From positions 23,986 through 87,985 of IMG/VR virus record IMGVR_UViG_3300028549_000249: a stretch of DNA of 64,000 bases; one strand, given 5' to 3'. A program made the position numbers and the translations under genes. Source of the stretch: a virus. Taxonomy: Duplodnaviria > Caudoviricetes. A model generated the notes under the pieces. The model was not told where the DNA came from. It made no database searches and worked only from the letters and a program-made list of their open reading frames with translations. Of the stretch, positions 28,510 to 38,110 are shown one piece after another. The number at the start of each line of letters is the position of its first letter. The first letter of the stretch is position 1.

Positions 28510-29144
28510 GATACCATACCGCAGTCCCGTCCGCTGGTCTTGAGGTTGAGGCGAAGCCCGCTGTTACTTTTCTATCCGGTAACCTCCTCGCCATTCAGAA
28601 CGACTTTGCCTTGAATGGTATCCCAGACCAGATGGAGGATTGCGATGTCATCTACGTCGAGCCTCCGTGGAGACGAGGCTACGAGGCATTCAACAAGAGG
28701 GCTTGGTCTACGTCGGGTGTTAGCTACGCAGACTTCATGCACTCGCTCGACTCGGAGCTTAGGGGCTTCAAGGGTCATGCCTATGTCGCCACCGGACCAG
28801 ATGGTATCCGCTCCCTTGTCGGCAGGATGGGTGAGGTCCCTTTCAGGATCGGTCCTCATGTCAAAGGGTCCGGCCTCCTCGCCTGTTACGGTCCCCGTCC
28901 CGGAGTCCTTGCTGGTCCACCGATGCACTGCTCCAAGTTCCTAGCAATGTTAGCTAAGAAGTATAAGAAGCTCGGTGACTTTTGTTGTGGCTACGGCTAC
29001 TCAGGGAAACTGTTCCTCGCCTACGGTGGGGAGTCGGCAGTTCTGGCTGACTTCAACGCAACCTGCATAGGTGTGATCCGCGATGAATACCCTAACTGGC
29101 CGAAGTCGCCAGCCGACATAAAACTCGAAGACCTACCCGTGTGA
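28506..29144 (+). CDS. small amino-methyltransferase-like protein
   Basis: IYVEPPW (motif IV) precedes DFCCGYG (motif I), beta-like order. Confidence 0.7.
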   Translation: MRYHTAVPSAGLEVEAKPAVTFLSGNLLAIQNDFALNGIPDQMEDCDVIYVEPPWRRGYEAFNKRAWSTSGVSYADFMHSLDSELRGFKGHAYVATGPDGIRSLVGRMGEVPFRIGPHVKGSGLLACYGPRPGVLAGPPMHCSKFLAMLAKKYKKLGDFCCGYGYSGKLFLAYGGESAVLADFNATCIGVIRDEYPNWPKSPADIKLEDLPV

Positions 29145-29794
29145 GTATTAAGACCTATATCCAGATGGTCCCTTCTCGGCAAGAGATCGTTGACGCGCTT
29201 ATCGTTCCGCGCCTGCAATCCTTCGACTGCATTGGTGAGGTTGTGATGTCCTCTGATGCTGAGTATAGGGGTCCGCTCTGGAACTTCATCCAGATTGCCG
29301 AGATGATAGCGGCCTCAGGCGAGGCTGGTCTTATCCTCCAAGACGATGTGATCTTCCACCCTCAGTTCGATGAACTGATGCCTGACATCATAGAGCACCT
29401 CCAGACCTTAGGTGCTGTGTCGCTCTTCTGCCCTCCTCGCAAGGACTTTGCTGATGCCTACGAAGCAGGCTTCAACTGGGTCGAGAACAGGAAGCACCTG
29501 TGGCAGCCAGCGATAGCTCTAACACCTGAGGTCACCACTGGGTTCCTCCGTTTTGCTTCCGAGCATACCGATGAGTTCGGCAAGGACGATGACGTTGCAC
29601 TTGGCGCTTACCTGAAGTCTATAAAGTCCTCCATGTGGGTGACCGTGCCTTCGATCATTCAGCACAACATAGCCGTAGGGAGCACCTTAGGTCATCCCCA
29701 AAGGATAGGGAACATCGGCGTCCGCACCACAAAGATTTGGCAGAAGAAGATGGACTCCAGCCACTTTAAGGAACTAAACAGCACTCGTATATGA
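29141..29794 (+). CDS. GT-A fold glycosyltransferase (GT25-like)
   Basis: LILQDDVIF, DDVALG, PSIIQH. Confidence 0.65.
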   Translation: MSIKTYIQMVPSRQEIVDALIVPRLQSFDCIGEVVMSSDAEYRGPLWNFIQIAEMIAASGEAGLILQDDVIFHPQFDELMPDIIEHLQTLGAVSLFCPPRKDFADAYEAGFNWVENRKHLWQPAIALTPEVTTGFLRFASEHTDEFGKDDDVALGAYLKSIKSSMWVTVPSIIQHNIAVGSTLGHPQRIGNIGVRTTKIWQKKMDSSHFKELNSTRI

Positions 29795-30402
29795 AAGTAA
29801 TTGGAAAGCACAAGGTTAGTAATTTGTCGGTCTCAGATCCGAGGGTATCTAACTTATTCGCGCAAGGCGAGAAGGCTAGCATCCTCTACGTCGATCCACC
29901 ATGGGGTGAAGGGAACATGAAGTTCTGGACCACGCTGATGAAGAAGCAAACCGGAGTTTCGGTTGAGCCTATCCCATTCACAGCGCTGATAGACTCCATC
30001 CTCCGCCTAGCTCTCTCCTACACTCACGGCATGGTCTTCATTGAAACTGGACTCAAGTGGGAAGCCCAGATCGCCGACGCGATGCGTGCCGCAGGACTCG
30101 GTGGGGTTAGGTCCCATCACCTAGTTTACCGGAGTGGTTCAGTGATGAAGCCATGCGTCTTCCTATCGGGTGCTACACCAAGCTCTAATCACTCAGGGTA
30201 TGCCCCGCATCCGTCCCTAAGTGGTGCCGCCCTTGTGGATGATGTGGTGCAGCATCACGCAGTCCCAGAGGGGATTCTACTTGATCCATGCTGTGGTATG
30301 GGATACTCAGCGAGAGCCGCCACCAATAACGGTATGCGGTTTTTCGGTAACGAACTGAACGCGAGCCGACTCGCCAAAACAATCAAAATCCTCGAACGAT
30401 GA
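29791..30402 (+). CDS. small amino-methyltransferase-like protein
   Basis: LYVDPPW, LDPCCGMG, FFGNELN. Confidence 0.8.
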   Translation: MKVIGKHKVSNLSVSDPRVSNLFAQGEKASILYVDPPWGEGNMKFWTTLMKKQTGVSVEPIPFTALIDSILRLALSYTHGMVFIETGLKWEAQIADAMRAAGLGGVRSHHLVYRSGSVMKPCVFLSGATPSSNHSGYAPHPSLSGAALVDDVVQHHAVPEGILLDPCCGMGYSARAATNNGMRFFGNELNASRLAKTIKILER

Positions 30403-31595
30403 AAGCACCTGATAGGCACGGCGGAGTAAAGGTCTACAAGAACCAGAACGTCTACGAGGCAGCCAAGGCGCGTATCCGCTGGGTGTTCGAGGAGTTCGAG
30501 GAGGTGTTAGTCAACGTCTCTGGTGGTAAGGATTCGACTGTGGTGTTCCAGCTCGCCCTTGAGGTCGCTACTGAGATGGGTCGCTTGCCGCTCGCAGTCA
30601 TGTGGTTAGATCAAGAGATGGAGTGGCAGGCAACGGCAGATTCCGTCAAGCAGATGATGAGCACTCCAGGAGTCAAACCCTACTGGTATCAGGTCCCCTT
30701 TCGCTCAGAGTCCGCCTCCTCGTCTGAGGAATCACGGCCTTGGCTATGGAATCCCGAAACGCCTGAGGATTGGATCAGACCGAAAGATCCGATGTCGATC
30801 CATGAGAACACTTTCGGGACCGATAAGTTCTACAAGCTGTTAGACAGAATCCCACTGTCGATCTTTCCCGGAAAGCACATCGCTCAGCTCACTGGGGTTC
30901 GCTGCGAGGAATCTCCGGTTCGTGCCCTTGGCTTGACCGTCGCCCCGACCTACAAGTGGGCAACGTGGGGCAAGAAGGGCAACTGGCAAGACTCGGTGCC
31001 GAAGGACCAACGCACGGAGCTGAATCGGTGTTGCACCATGCACCCGATTTATGACTGGACGTTCTCGGATGTCTGGGCCTCGATCAATAAGAACAACTGG
31101 CCTTACTGCAAGATTTACGATGAGTTCTATCGGTTCGGAGTTCCACGCCAAGAGATGCGTGTGTCGGCAGTCCATCATGAGATGTCGATCCGTTCCCTCT
31201 GGATCATGCAGGAGATTGAGCGTGACACCTATCAGAAGCTGGTCACCCGCCTTTCCGGTGCCGACAGCGGTGCCAAGTTCGGCCACATGGGTTACTTCCC
31301 AACCTCGGTCCCTACCATGTTCGGCGGGTGGGAGGACTACCGCGATTACCTGCTTGAGAATCTGATCACAAATCTGGAGTGGCGTGAGACCATGCGCAAA
31401 CAGTTCGCTGATCATGTCGAGCAATACAAGGGTTTGGTCGATCCTGATGAACTCTACATCGTCCACGTTAAGGCCATTCTAACAAATGACCATGACGGTA
31501 TCCGCATCGCAAACTTCACCAACGCACCAGACAAGATCGATCTCCGCATGGAGCAGCGCCGACGCGCTGAGGCTGCCACAGCCAAAGAAATTTGA
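30399..31595 (+). CDS. PAPS-reductase family protein (IbrA/YbdN-like)
   Basis: PP-loop SGGKDS, TGVRCEES, HPIYDW..SDVW. Confidence 0.85.
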   Translation: MKAPDRHGGVKVYKNQNVYEAAKARIRWVFEEFEEVLVNVSGGKDSTVVFQLALEVATEMGRLPLAVMWLDQEMEWQATADSVKQMMSTPGVKPYWYQVPFRSESASSSEESRPWLWNPETPEDWIRPKDPMSIHENTFGTDKFYKLLDRIPLSIFPGKHIAQLTGVRCEESPVRALGLTVAPTYKWATWGKKGNWQDSVPKDQRTELNRCCTMHPIYDWTFSDVWASINKNNWPYCKIYDEFYRFGVPRQEMRVSAVHHEMSIRSLWIMQEIERDTYQKLVTRLSGADSGAKFGHMGYFPTSVPTMFGGWEDYRDYLLENLITNLEWRETMRKQFADHVEQYKGLVDPDELYIVHVKAILTNDHDGIRIANFTNAPDKIDLRMEQRRRAEAATAKEI

Positions 31596-31619
31596 ACGTC
31601 GGTCAAAACCTCTACCACC

Positions 31620-32291
31620 ATGAAAGCACTCGAAGAACTATTCGCCGCAACCTGCAACAATCCTGAGGAGCGCCTCACCCTGATGCAGTCCGTCACCGAT
31701 TGGATGCACAAGAACGTGTCGCCTTTCCGCAGTCAACCTATCGGTAACGTCCGGTGGATTCCGATGGAGAAAGTAGTCAGCAATGACTACAACCCTAACA
31801 GTGTGGCTACTCGTGAGATGAGCCTGCTTTACACTTCGATCCTCCACGACGGATACACGCAGCCCGTGGTGGTCGTGTTCGACCCAGCCAAGTATCTTTA
31901 CGTTATTGTGGATGGGTTCCACCGTTACACAACCATGCGCCGTAACGCTGATATTGCAGGGCGGTGCCTGAGCCACGTTCCTTGTGTGGTCCTCGAAAAG
32001 GACATCAATGACCGCATGGCTTCGACTGTGCGTCACAATCGGGCACGAGGCAAACACTCCGTCGGCGGGATGGGTAACATGGTTTTCGAGATGCTTGAGA
32101 ACGGTTGGCAGGACGAGCAGATTTGTGCCGAACTTGGCATGGAGGCCGAGGAGCTGATCCGTCTGAAGCACATTACGGGGTTCTCGAAACTCTTCGATGA
32201 CGTAGATTACCGCAAGGCGTGGGAGACCAAGAATCAGCTCAAGCTGAAGAAGGAATGGAAGGCAGCCCACCCCGAAGATAAGATCGTTTAA
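31620..32291 (+). CDS. ParB/Srx-domain protein (IbrB/YbdM-like)
   Basis: NDYNPNSV, SILHDGYTQPVV, IVDGFHR, STVRHNRARGKH. Confidence 0.85.
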   Translation: MKALEELFAATCNNPEERLTLMQSVTDWMHKNVSPFRSQPIGNVRWIPMEKVVSNDYNPNSVATREMSLLYTSILHDGYTQPVVVVFDPAKYLYVIVDGFHRYTTMRRNADIAGRCLSHVPCVVLEKDINDRMASTVRHNRARGKHSVGGMGNMVFEMLENGWQDEQICAELGMEAEELIRLKHITGFSKLFDDVDYRKAWETKNQLKLKKEWKAAHPEDKIV

Positions 32292-32309
32292 CCTCTAACT
32301 TTCCATCAC

Positions 32310-32873
32310 ATGAAAACCAAGAAACTTAGCCTAACGGCCATCAAACCCTACGACGGCAATCCAAGGAAGATTTCTCCGGCTGCCGTTGCCGCAGTCCGCA
32401 AGTCAATCGAAGACTTTGGATACAACAGCCCGATCATCGTAGACGCCAACGATGTGATCATCATGGGACACACTAGGCACGCCGCCCTAACGGAGCTTGG
32501 CTGGACCGAGGTCACTGTGGTTGTCGCAGACCACCTGACCGAGATTCAAGTCAAGAAGCTCAGGGTGATCGACAATCGCGTAGGCGAACTCGCTGAGTGG
32601 GATGACGATCTCCTGCGTGATGAGGTTCGTGCTGTCGGTGCCGACGGCGAGATGGACGCTTGGTTCTCAGCCACCGACCTCAAGAAGATGCTCGGTGCCT
32701 TGGATGAAGTGCCGACCTCATCCTCCCCAACCGCACAGCAGATCGAACAGCAGCAGGAAACTAGCAGCTCACACTTCAAGAAGGAATCCGAGCGGAAGGC
32801 TTCTGAGATGCTTGAGGTGCCATGCCCCGCATGTAAGGAAGTGTTCTTCGTTGACTCGAAGCTCGCCGACTAA
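32310..32873 (+). CDS. ParB/Srx-domain protein
   Basis: YDGNPR, FGYNSPIIVD, MGHTR, DNRVGELAEWD, C-terminal CPAC. Confidence 0.85.
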   Translation: MKTKKLSLTAIKPYDGNPRKISPAAVAAVRKSIEDFGYNSPIIVDANDVIIMGHTRHAALTELGWTEVTVVVADHLTEIQVKKLRVIDNRVGELAEWDDDLLRDEVRAVGADGEMDAWFSATDLKKMLGALDEVPTSSSPTAQQIEQQQETSSSHFKKESERKASEMLEVPCPACKEVFFVDSKLAD

Positions 32874-32901
32874 ACCATCTACCAAGAAAGAACACACCAA
32901 G

Positions 32902-33495
32902 ATGAGTAACTCAAAAGCAATGAAGCCGATCAAGGTCAAGCTGACTCTGATCAAACCCTACTGGCGCAATCCTCGCAACAACGAGGCGGCGGTCAAAGCC
33001 TTAGTCGAATCTATCGGCGAGTTTGGCTACACGAACCCTATCGTGGTTGACGCGAAGAATGTGATCCTCGCGGGACACGCACGCTACCAAGCTCTGATGC
33101 GCCTTGGCTGGACTGAAGCAGAGGTGATCAAGGTCACCACTCTAACAGAAGAGCAATGCCGTCGCTTCCGCATCGCCGACAACAAGGCGGGTGAGCTTTC
33201 GGAGTGGGACATGGACAAGCTGAAGATTGAGATTGCCGAACTCGGATTCGAGGCGGTGTCCTTTTTCTTCGACTCGGACCAATGGAGGACCGTTCTGGAA
33301 ATCAAGGACCTGAGCGCCGAGAAAAAGGCTAACGAGGAAGAACTCAAGGCCGCGCACGCTGCGCACGAAAAGAAGGAGAGCGAGACAATCGACCTCCTCT
33401 GCCCTCATTGCCTTGAGGAAGTCGCATTCACCAAAGAGCAACTGCGCGAGTATGTTCGCTCCGCGCTTCCCGAAACGGGACCCGCTGAAGAGTGA
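32902..33495 (+). CDS. ParB/Srx-domain protein (paralog of previous)
   Basis: YWRNPR, FGYTNPIVVD, AGHAR, ADNKAGELSEWD, CPHC. Confidence 0.85.
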   Translation: MSNSKAMKPIKVKLTLIKPYWRNPRNNEAAVKALVESIGEFGYTNPIVVDAKNVILAGHARYQALMRLGWTEAEVIKVTTLTEEQCRRFRIADNKAGELSEWDMDKLKIEIAELGFEAVSFFFDSDQWRTVLEIKDLSAEKKANEEELKAAHAAHEKKESETIDLLCPHCLEEVAFTKEQLREYVRSALPETGPAEE

Positions 33496-33512
33496 CCTAA
33501 ACGCCTCAAATC

Positions 33513-33550
33513 ACCCGTATTTGACCTAATCAGTTGAATACGGGTTTTTT
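33513..33550 (+). terminator. intrinsic terminator ending the modification operon
   Basis: ACCCGTATT/AATACGGGT followed by TTTTT. Confidence 0.75.
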
Positions 33551-33658
33551 GTGCCCGTAGATTGCGTCAGGATCGATTAGGGCGCGTCGATGACCGTTAT
33601 GGGGTATCGTATCGGAAAAACATTTTGGAACGATTTGACTCTAACACTTTTCTAACAG
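33551..33658. repeat. pre-promoter element copy (left inverted repeat absent)
   Basis: Closely similar to 40632..40738; ends GACTCTAACACTTTTCTAACAG. Confidence 0.9.
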
Positions 33659-33733
33659 TTGAAATAATCCTTGCAAAGGTTCCCGCTTTAGGTCATCCTC
33701 AGGGCGTATCCAATCCATCCAATAAATCCCACC

Positions 33734-34064
33734 ATGACTGAAGTCGAATACACCATCGAAGGAAAGCCAACGAACTATCGCTCTTTCCCAAACCGCCGCC
33801 AAGCCGACCAATTCGTTACTCGACTTGAGAAGAAGTTTCCGAAAGTCAAAGTCACCTATTGGACCTAACATGAAGGCTGATCGTTCCACTCAACCCGATG
33901 AAGTTCGATTCCATAGTGGAACCAAAGTTGCCTTCGTGGTCGCTTGGGGAAACTGGAAACTCGACAACAGCGGACTTCATCGGTGGTGGGCGTTCAAAGC
34001 AGTCAAGCCTAACACTAAAGGAAAACACGCCATCCGCTACGGGTGGAAACGCATACTCCGATGA
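33734..34064 (+). CDS. two small hypothetical proteins (33734..33868, 33870..34064)
   Basis: Tightly packed ORFs behind the promoter at 33671. Confidence 0.55.
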
Positions 34065-34618
34065 ATCTCCCCGCACACTACTTCGGCGCTGACCTTCACC
34101 TCGGTCATCATAACATCCTAAAGCTGGACGGCAGGCCGTGGTCCGGCATCAACCTCCACGACCTCGCACTCACCCAGCGCATGCGTCCGCTAGATAAAGA
34201 CAAGAACCGATCACCGCAACTCTGGCTTCTCGGTGACGTTGGAACTCGCGCCGAGGACATCAGGCTCTTCATGCGCGACATCCGTCCTTACTGGTGGAAG
34301 ATCCACCTTATCCGTGGAAACCACGACGACAAGGCAGCGTGGAAGTTGCGGGACCTGTTCGACACTTATAATGAGTCGCTGTATGTTAGGGTGAGCGCCG
34401 ACGTCAAACTCTACCTCAGCCACTACGCTCACCGTGTGTGGCGTGGTTCAAACAGAGGGACCTATCACTTGCACGGCCACAGCCACGGTGCCCTTCCGCG
34501 AGTCGGCAGGTCGATGGACGTCGGAGTGATGCTCCATGATTACCGTCCGGTGCCTCTAACCAGAGTGGTAGCTGAGCTTGAGGGCAATTCACTAATCGAT
34601 CACCACGAAACCGAATGA
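34061..34618 (+). CDS. calcineurin-like metallophosphoesterase
   Basis: ADLHLGH, LGD, RGNHD, SHY, LHGHSH, DVGV. Confidence 0.9.
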   Translation: MNLPAHYFGADLHLGHHNILKLDGRPWSGINLHDLALTQRMRPLDKDKNRSPQLWLLGDVGTRAEDIRLFMRDIRPYWWKIHLIRGNHDDKAAWKLRDLFDTYNESLYVRVSADVKLYLSHYAHRVWRGSNRGTYHLHGHSHGALPRVGRSMDVGVMLHDYRPVPLTRVVAELEGNSLIDHHETE

Positions 34619-36486
34619 CACACGCACAAGCAGCCGCTTTCATCCAAGCTCAGACCGTCCTCGCCCAGATTGAGCTTCAGGGGATGGTCGCTCAGAATGC
34701 ACACAACGAAGGCATCAACCACCTGCCAGCATTCAAGCAGGCTGATTTCGAGGAGCTACGCGACAAGTGGGAGCATGTGCTCGGATACAATGCAGTCACC
34801 CTACTCTACCATAACTGTTATGACTACTGAGAATACGCAATACCGTGGGATGGATAACGTCCAACCCGTCCGCCAGATGACCCAACAAGAAACCGAGATC
34901 AAAGGGACGAGTGATGACCATGAAGGGGGTCAACGAAGCAGCCGAGCGTCACCTTCCATTGAAGATCCTCATTAAGCGGATCGAGGCGATGGTTCCAATT
35001 GAGCTGGTAGTTAGTCCTGCGTTGCTTTTCTTCATTGCCTGCCTTGAGGAGATGGACCGTCCAGGTTCCGCAGTCCTATGGGCCTACACACTGATGCTGC
35101 GGGCGTCCGAGGAGTTGGAGCCATGCGCCATCCATAACTTCGCGCAGTCCCGCTTTCCGATGGGAGTTCCTACCCGTAAGGCCATGGACGCCGCATGGGT
35201 CGCGCAGAAGCGCATTCCAGCCAAGGGAACATGGAGCCTGATAACGAGCTGGACATGAATGGCACATGGAATCCACTGATTAAAAAGATTCTTTCTAACA
35301 GTTGAATTATTTCCTTGCAAAGGTTTGGGATCTAGGTCAATCTACACGCATGTCCAACCCATCCGCAATCGCCCTCCCCGCCCTGTCCTACACCAGCGAA
35401 CAGGTAGCTCCAATTATGAAGCGCCTCCTCGCTCACATCAACACGATGAACGAGCAGCAACTCTTAGCTCATATTGTTGACGCTAAGGACGCCGTCCGCC
35501 GCGCCTTCTCGTTCACGATAGAAAATAAATACATGCTAGTCGTTTTTGGCTATGGCATCGTTCTCTATCGTGACGGCCAAGAAATCCATTCATCGAAGAC
35601 CACGATCACCACACTCTCCGCAATCCTCCGCAATTCCGCTCGCCGCTAATATCCAAACCTAACACCACACGACCATGACATCGATCATCATATTCAGCAC
35701 CGCCTTCCACAAGGGTGGTGAGCCAATAGCCCAGCGCCACCTAACCTACGACGTTGAGCCTAGGTATGGGGTAGGCGACTTGCTCGACATCATCTACGCA
35801 TCTGCCAACGGTGCCACGATGAAGTATGTTACCCTTGGTAGAAAAGACCCGAAGGCAACATCCGCCTCTGTCGGCGACGTCATCACTCTCCGCAAAGGTG
35901 AGGAGATCAAGCACTACATCATCGCCCCTGTGGGTTTCAAGGAACTCCCAGCCGAGGTGTTCAGCGCCCTTATGTTCCAGTTCACCAAGGACGACCAAAT
36001 CGACCCTCGTGGATTCTGGGGCCGCATCGCACGCCTTCCATTTCACGCCGTCGTTTGACCGTCGGTCAAATTCAACCAACTACACCCATGACCAAATTAT
36101 CCTTCTTAGTAATTTCCGATCTCATCACCCATAAGATCCGCGACTTACGCAACGTCTACGGACTGACCGATGAGGCCATGGAGAGTGATGCTAGGATCAT
36201 CGAATTGAACAAGGCGCAGGACGAGCTAAGTAGAGTTAGTTCTAAGTTGACCTCCGCTCTTCGCCGTGAGGAAGACCAAATCATCCTGCGCAAAGTAAAC
36301 ATAGAGCAGATGGAAGAATACAAGCAGCGTAGCACGTTGCTACTGGATGCACTCAAGATCATCCGTAAGGACACGATGCTGATCGGTGGGGATGGCGACA
36401 GCGCGTTAGGGTGTATCAATGAGGAGGTCCCTTCGAACATGGCACAAATAGCCATCAAAGCAATCGAAGCAGTGGGGGAGCAATGA
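34615..36486 (+). CDS. run of small hypothetical proteins (34615..34830, 34911..35258, 35350..35649, 35675..36058, 36088..36486)
   Basis: Co-oriented and closely packed; 35350 is a leaderless MSNPS start. Confidence 0.6.
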
Positions 36487-37175
36487 ACACTAAGGATCTA
36501 ACAGCTCTCCGCCGCAAGTGGTTCCTACATATGTGCCGTAGGGTGACTCTGGACCAGACCGTCTTTCACGGCTCGCCTACCGAGGGGATGTGGCAGATCC
36601 GCCGCGATAAGATGCTCCACCCGCAGGCACACGGGGAACTCCCGGGCGACTGGCTCTGCGTGTCGGTCAACGACAACATGCTCCACTTCTTCTCCGATGG
36701 CGAAGGCAACAATGGGTTCCACTCGTCTCCGGGGCCGCTCAACCTCATCCAGCTTGACCGGATGCACCATGCGCTTCTCACCCGCGAGTCCTGCGATCAT
36801 GTCACCCAATGGAAAGAGGACAGGCCACATGAGGTGATGCTCGCACAGCGCCTTGGCTATCTCGAACGGCAGAGGTTCGGCGAGGACTACCTCACCAAGG
36901 AGGAACTGGATGACATGCTACCCAAGGACATCGACGGCCTGCTCTTCCCGTGGGCCGAGCTAACACCTGAGGGTGATCGATTCTACTACTTCTGCAACAT
37001 CTACAATGACGAGTGCGAGATCGCTCTTACCGAACGTGGCTGCAAGAAGGTGTGGGCGGGAATCGAAGTCATCTACCATAAGGGGGAGGAATACGAGCCT
37101 GAGGTAGGGTGGAGGAAAATGATGCACGGGAGTAGGAGCCATGTCATGCGCAGGAAGGCAGAGCTTTGCTCATAG
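36483..37175 (+). CDS. hypothetical protein, weak ART-like signature
   Basis: VFHGSP near N-terminus, LCVS, ECEIAL. Confidence 0.5.
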   Translation: MNTKDLTALRRKWFLHMCRRVTLDQTVFHGSPTEGMWQIRRDKMLHPQAHGELPGDWLCVSVNDNMLHFFSDGEGNNGFHSSPGPLNLIQLDRMHHALLTRESCDHVTQWKEDRPHEVMLAQRLGYLERQRFGEDYLTKEELDDMLPKDIDGLLFPWAELTPEGDRFYYFCNIYNDECEIALTERGCKKVWAGIEVIYHKGEEYEPEVGWRKMMHGSRSHVMRRKAELCS

Positions 37176-37335
37176 AACGACCCGAGGGGTGCGCCCGCCC
37201 CTATCGTAGCTCAATCGGTATCGTGAGAAGGAGAGATTGACTCCCTGTGGGGTCCGGTGCTAAGGTCCCCAACGCAAAGCCACCCAAGGTAATTCGCGGG
37301 TCGCGTAACCATACCAAACAGGAATATACATCACC

Positions 37336-37995
37336 ATGAAGAAGACGGACAACCCTCCGCCTGCCACCGTAGCGGTTCGCAAGCGGACGAGACAACAGTC
37401 CCAGACCAAAGCAAGTGCTACTGCAATGGTCGAGGGCATCACAACAGACAAGGAACCAAAGAAATCTAACAAGCCAATCCATACCCAAGCGGGCACGGCG
37501 GTAACGGTAGATGCGTGCGGGAATCCTAAGGAAGCAGAAGGGAGACCAGACCGGAGGCGTGACCCCGAACTCGTTGCCTCCCTCCTCCAATACATCTTTG
37601 CTGGGAACCCATATAAGCATGCGTGCGTCTTAGCGGGCGTGGATGAGACCACGTTCTTCCGGTGGATGCGCGAAGGAAAGACCGCTGAGGAAGGCACGCT
37701 CGCCTATAGCTTTTACCAGCGCGTTAAAAGGGCCAATGCCGATGCCGCCCACAGGAACATGATGAGGATTCAAAAGTCCGTGCCAGGATGGCAGTCTTCT
37801 GCATGGTTCCTCGAACGCCGATTCCCTGATGAGTATGGTGCGACGTCGAGAATCAAACTCGGTAGCGATGAGGAGAATCCTCTCGTGGTCGGAACTGTCG
37901 GTCTCCAAGTGGACGACCGTGTGCTGTCTGACAAGGGAGCATTCGCCGCCCTCAAAGCGGTCCTTGCTCGCAAGCCCGAACTGCTGAACGGATGA
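37336..37995 (+). CDS. terS: terminase small subunit
   Basis: HTH ACVLAGVDETTFFRW; WQSSAWFLERRFPDEYG; upstream of TerL. Confidence 0.8.
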   Translation: MKKTDNPPPATVAVRKRTRQQSQTKASATAMVEGITTDKEPKKSNKPIHTQAGTAVTVDACGNPKEAEGRPDRRRDPELVASLLQYIFAGNPYKHACVLAGVDETTFFRWMREGKTAEEGTLAYSFYQRVKRANADAAHRNMMRIQKSVPGWQSSAWFLERRFPDEYGATSRIKLGSDEENPLVVGTVGLQVDDRVLSDKGAFAALKAVLARKPELLNG

Positions 37996-38110
37996 GCCTC
38001 CTGCCATTACTTGCCACCTTGTATTTCTCAGGGGCACAGACGAGTGGGATCATCATGCCGAAGATCCGAACCTATGCTGTGTCGAAGTTCGAGCCTCAGA
38101 GGAAACGTAG

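Noticed and set aside
31620-33495. ParABS partition system
   Set aside because: The proteins have only the ParB/Srx N-terminal domain, with no evident HTH, and no ParA is present; context points to modification
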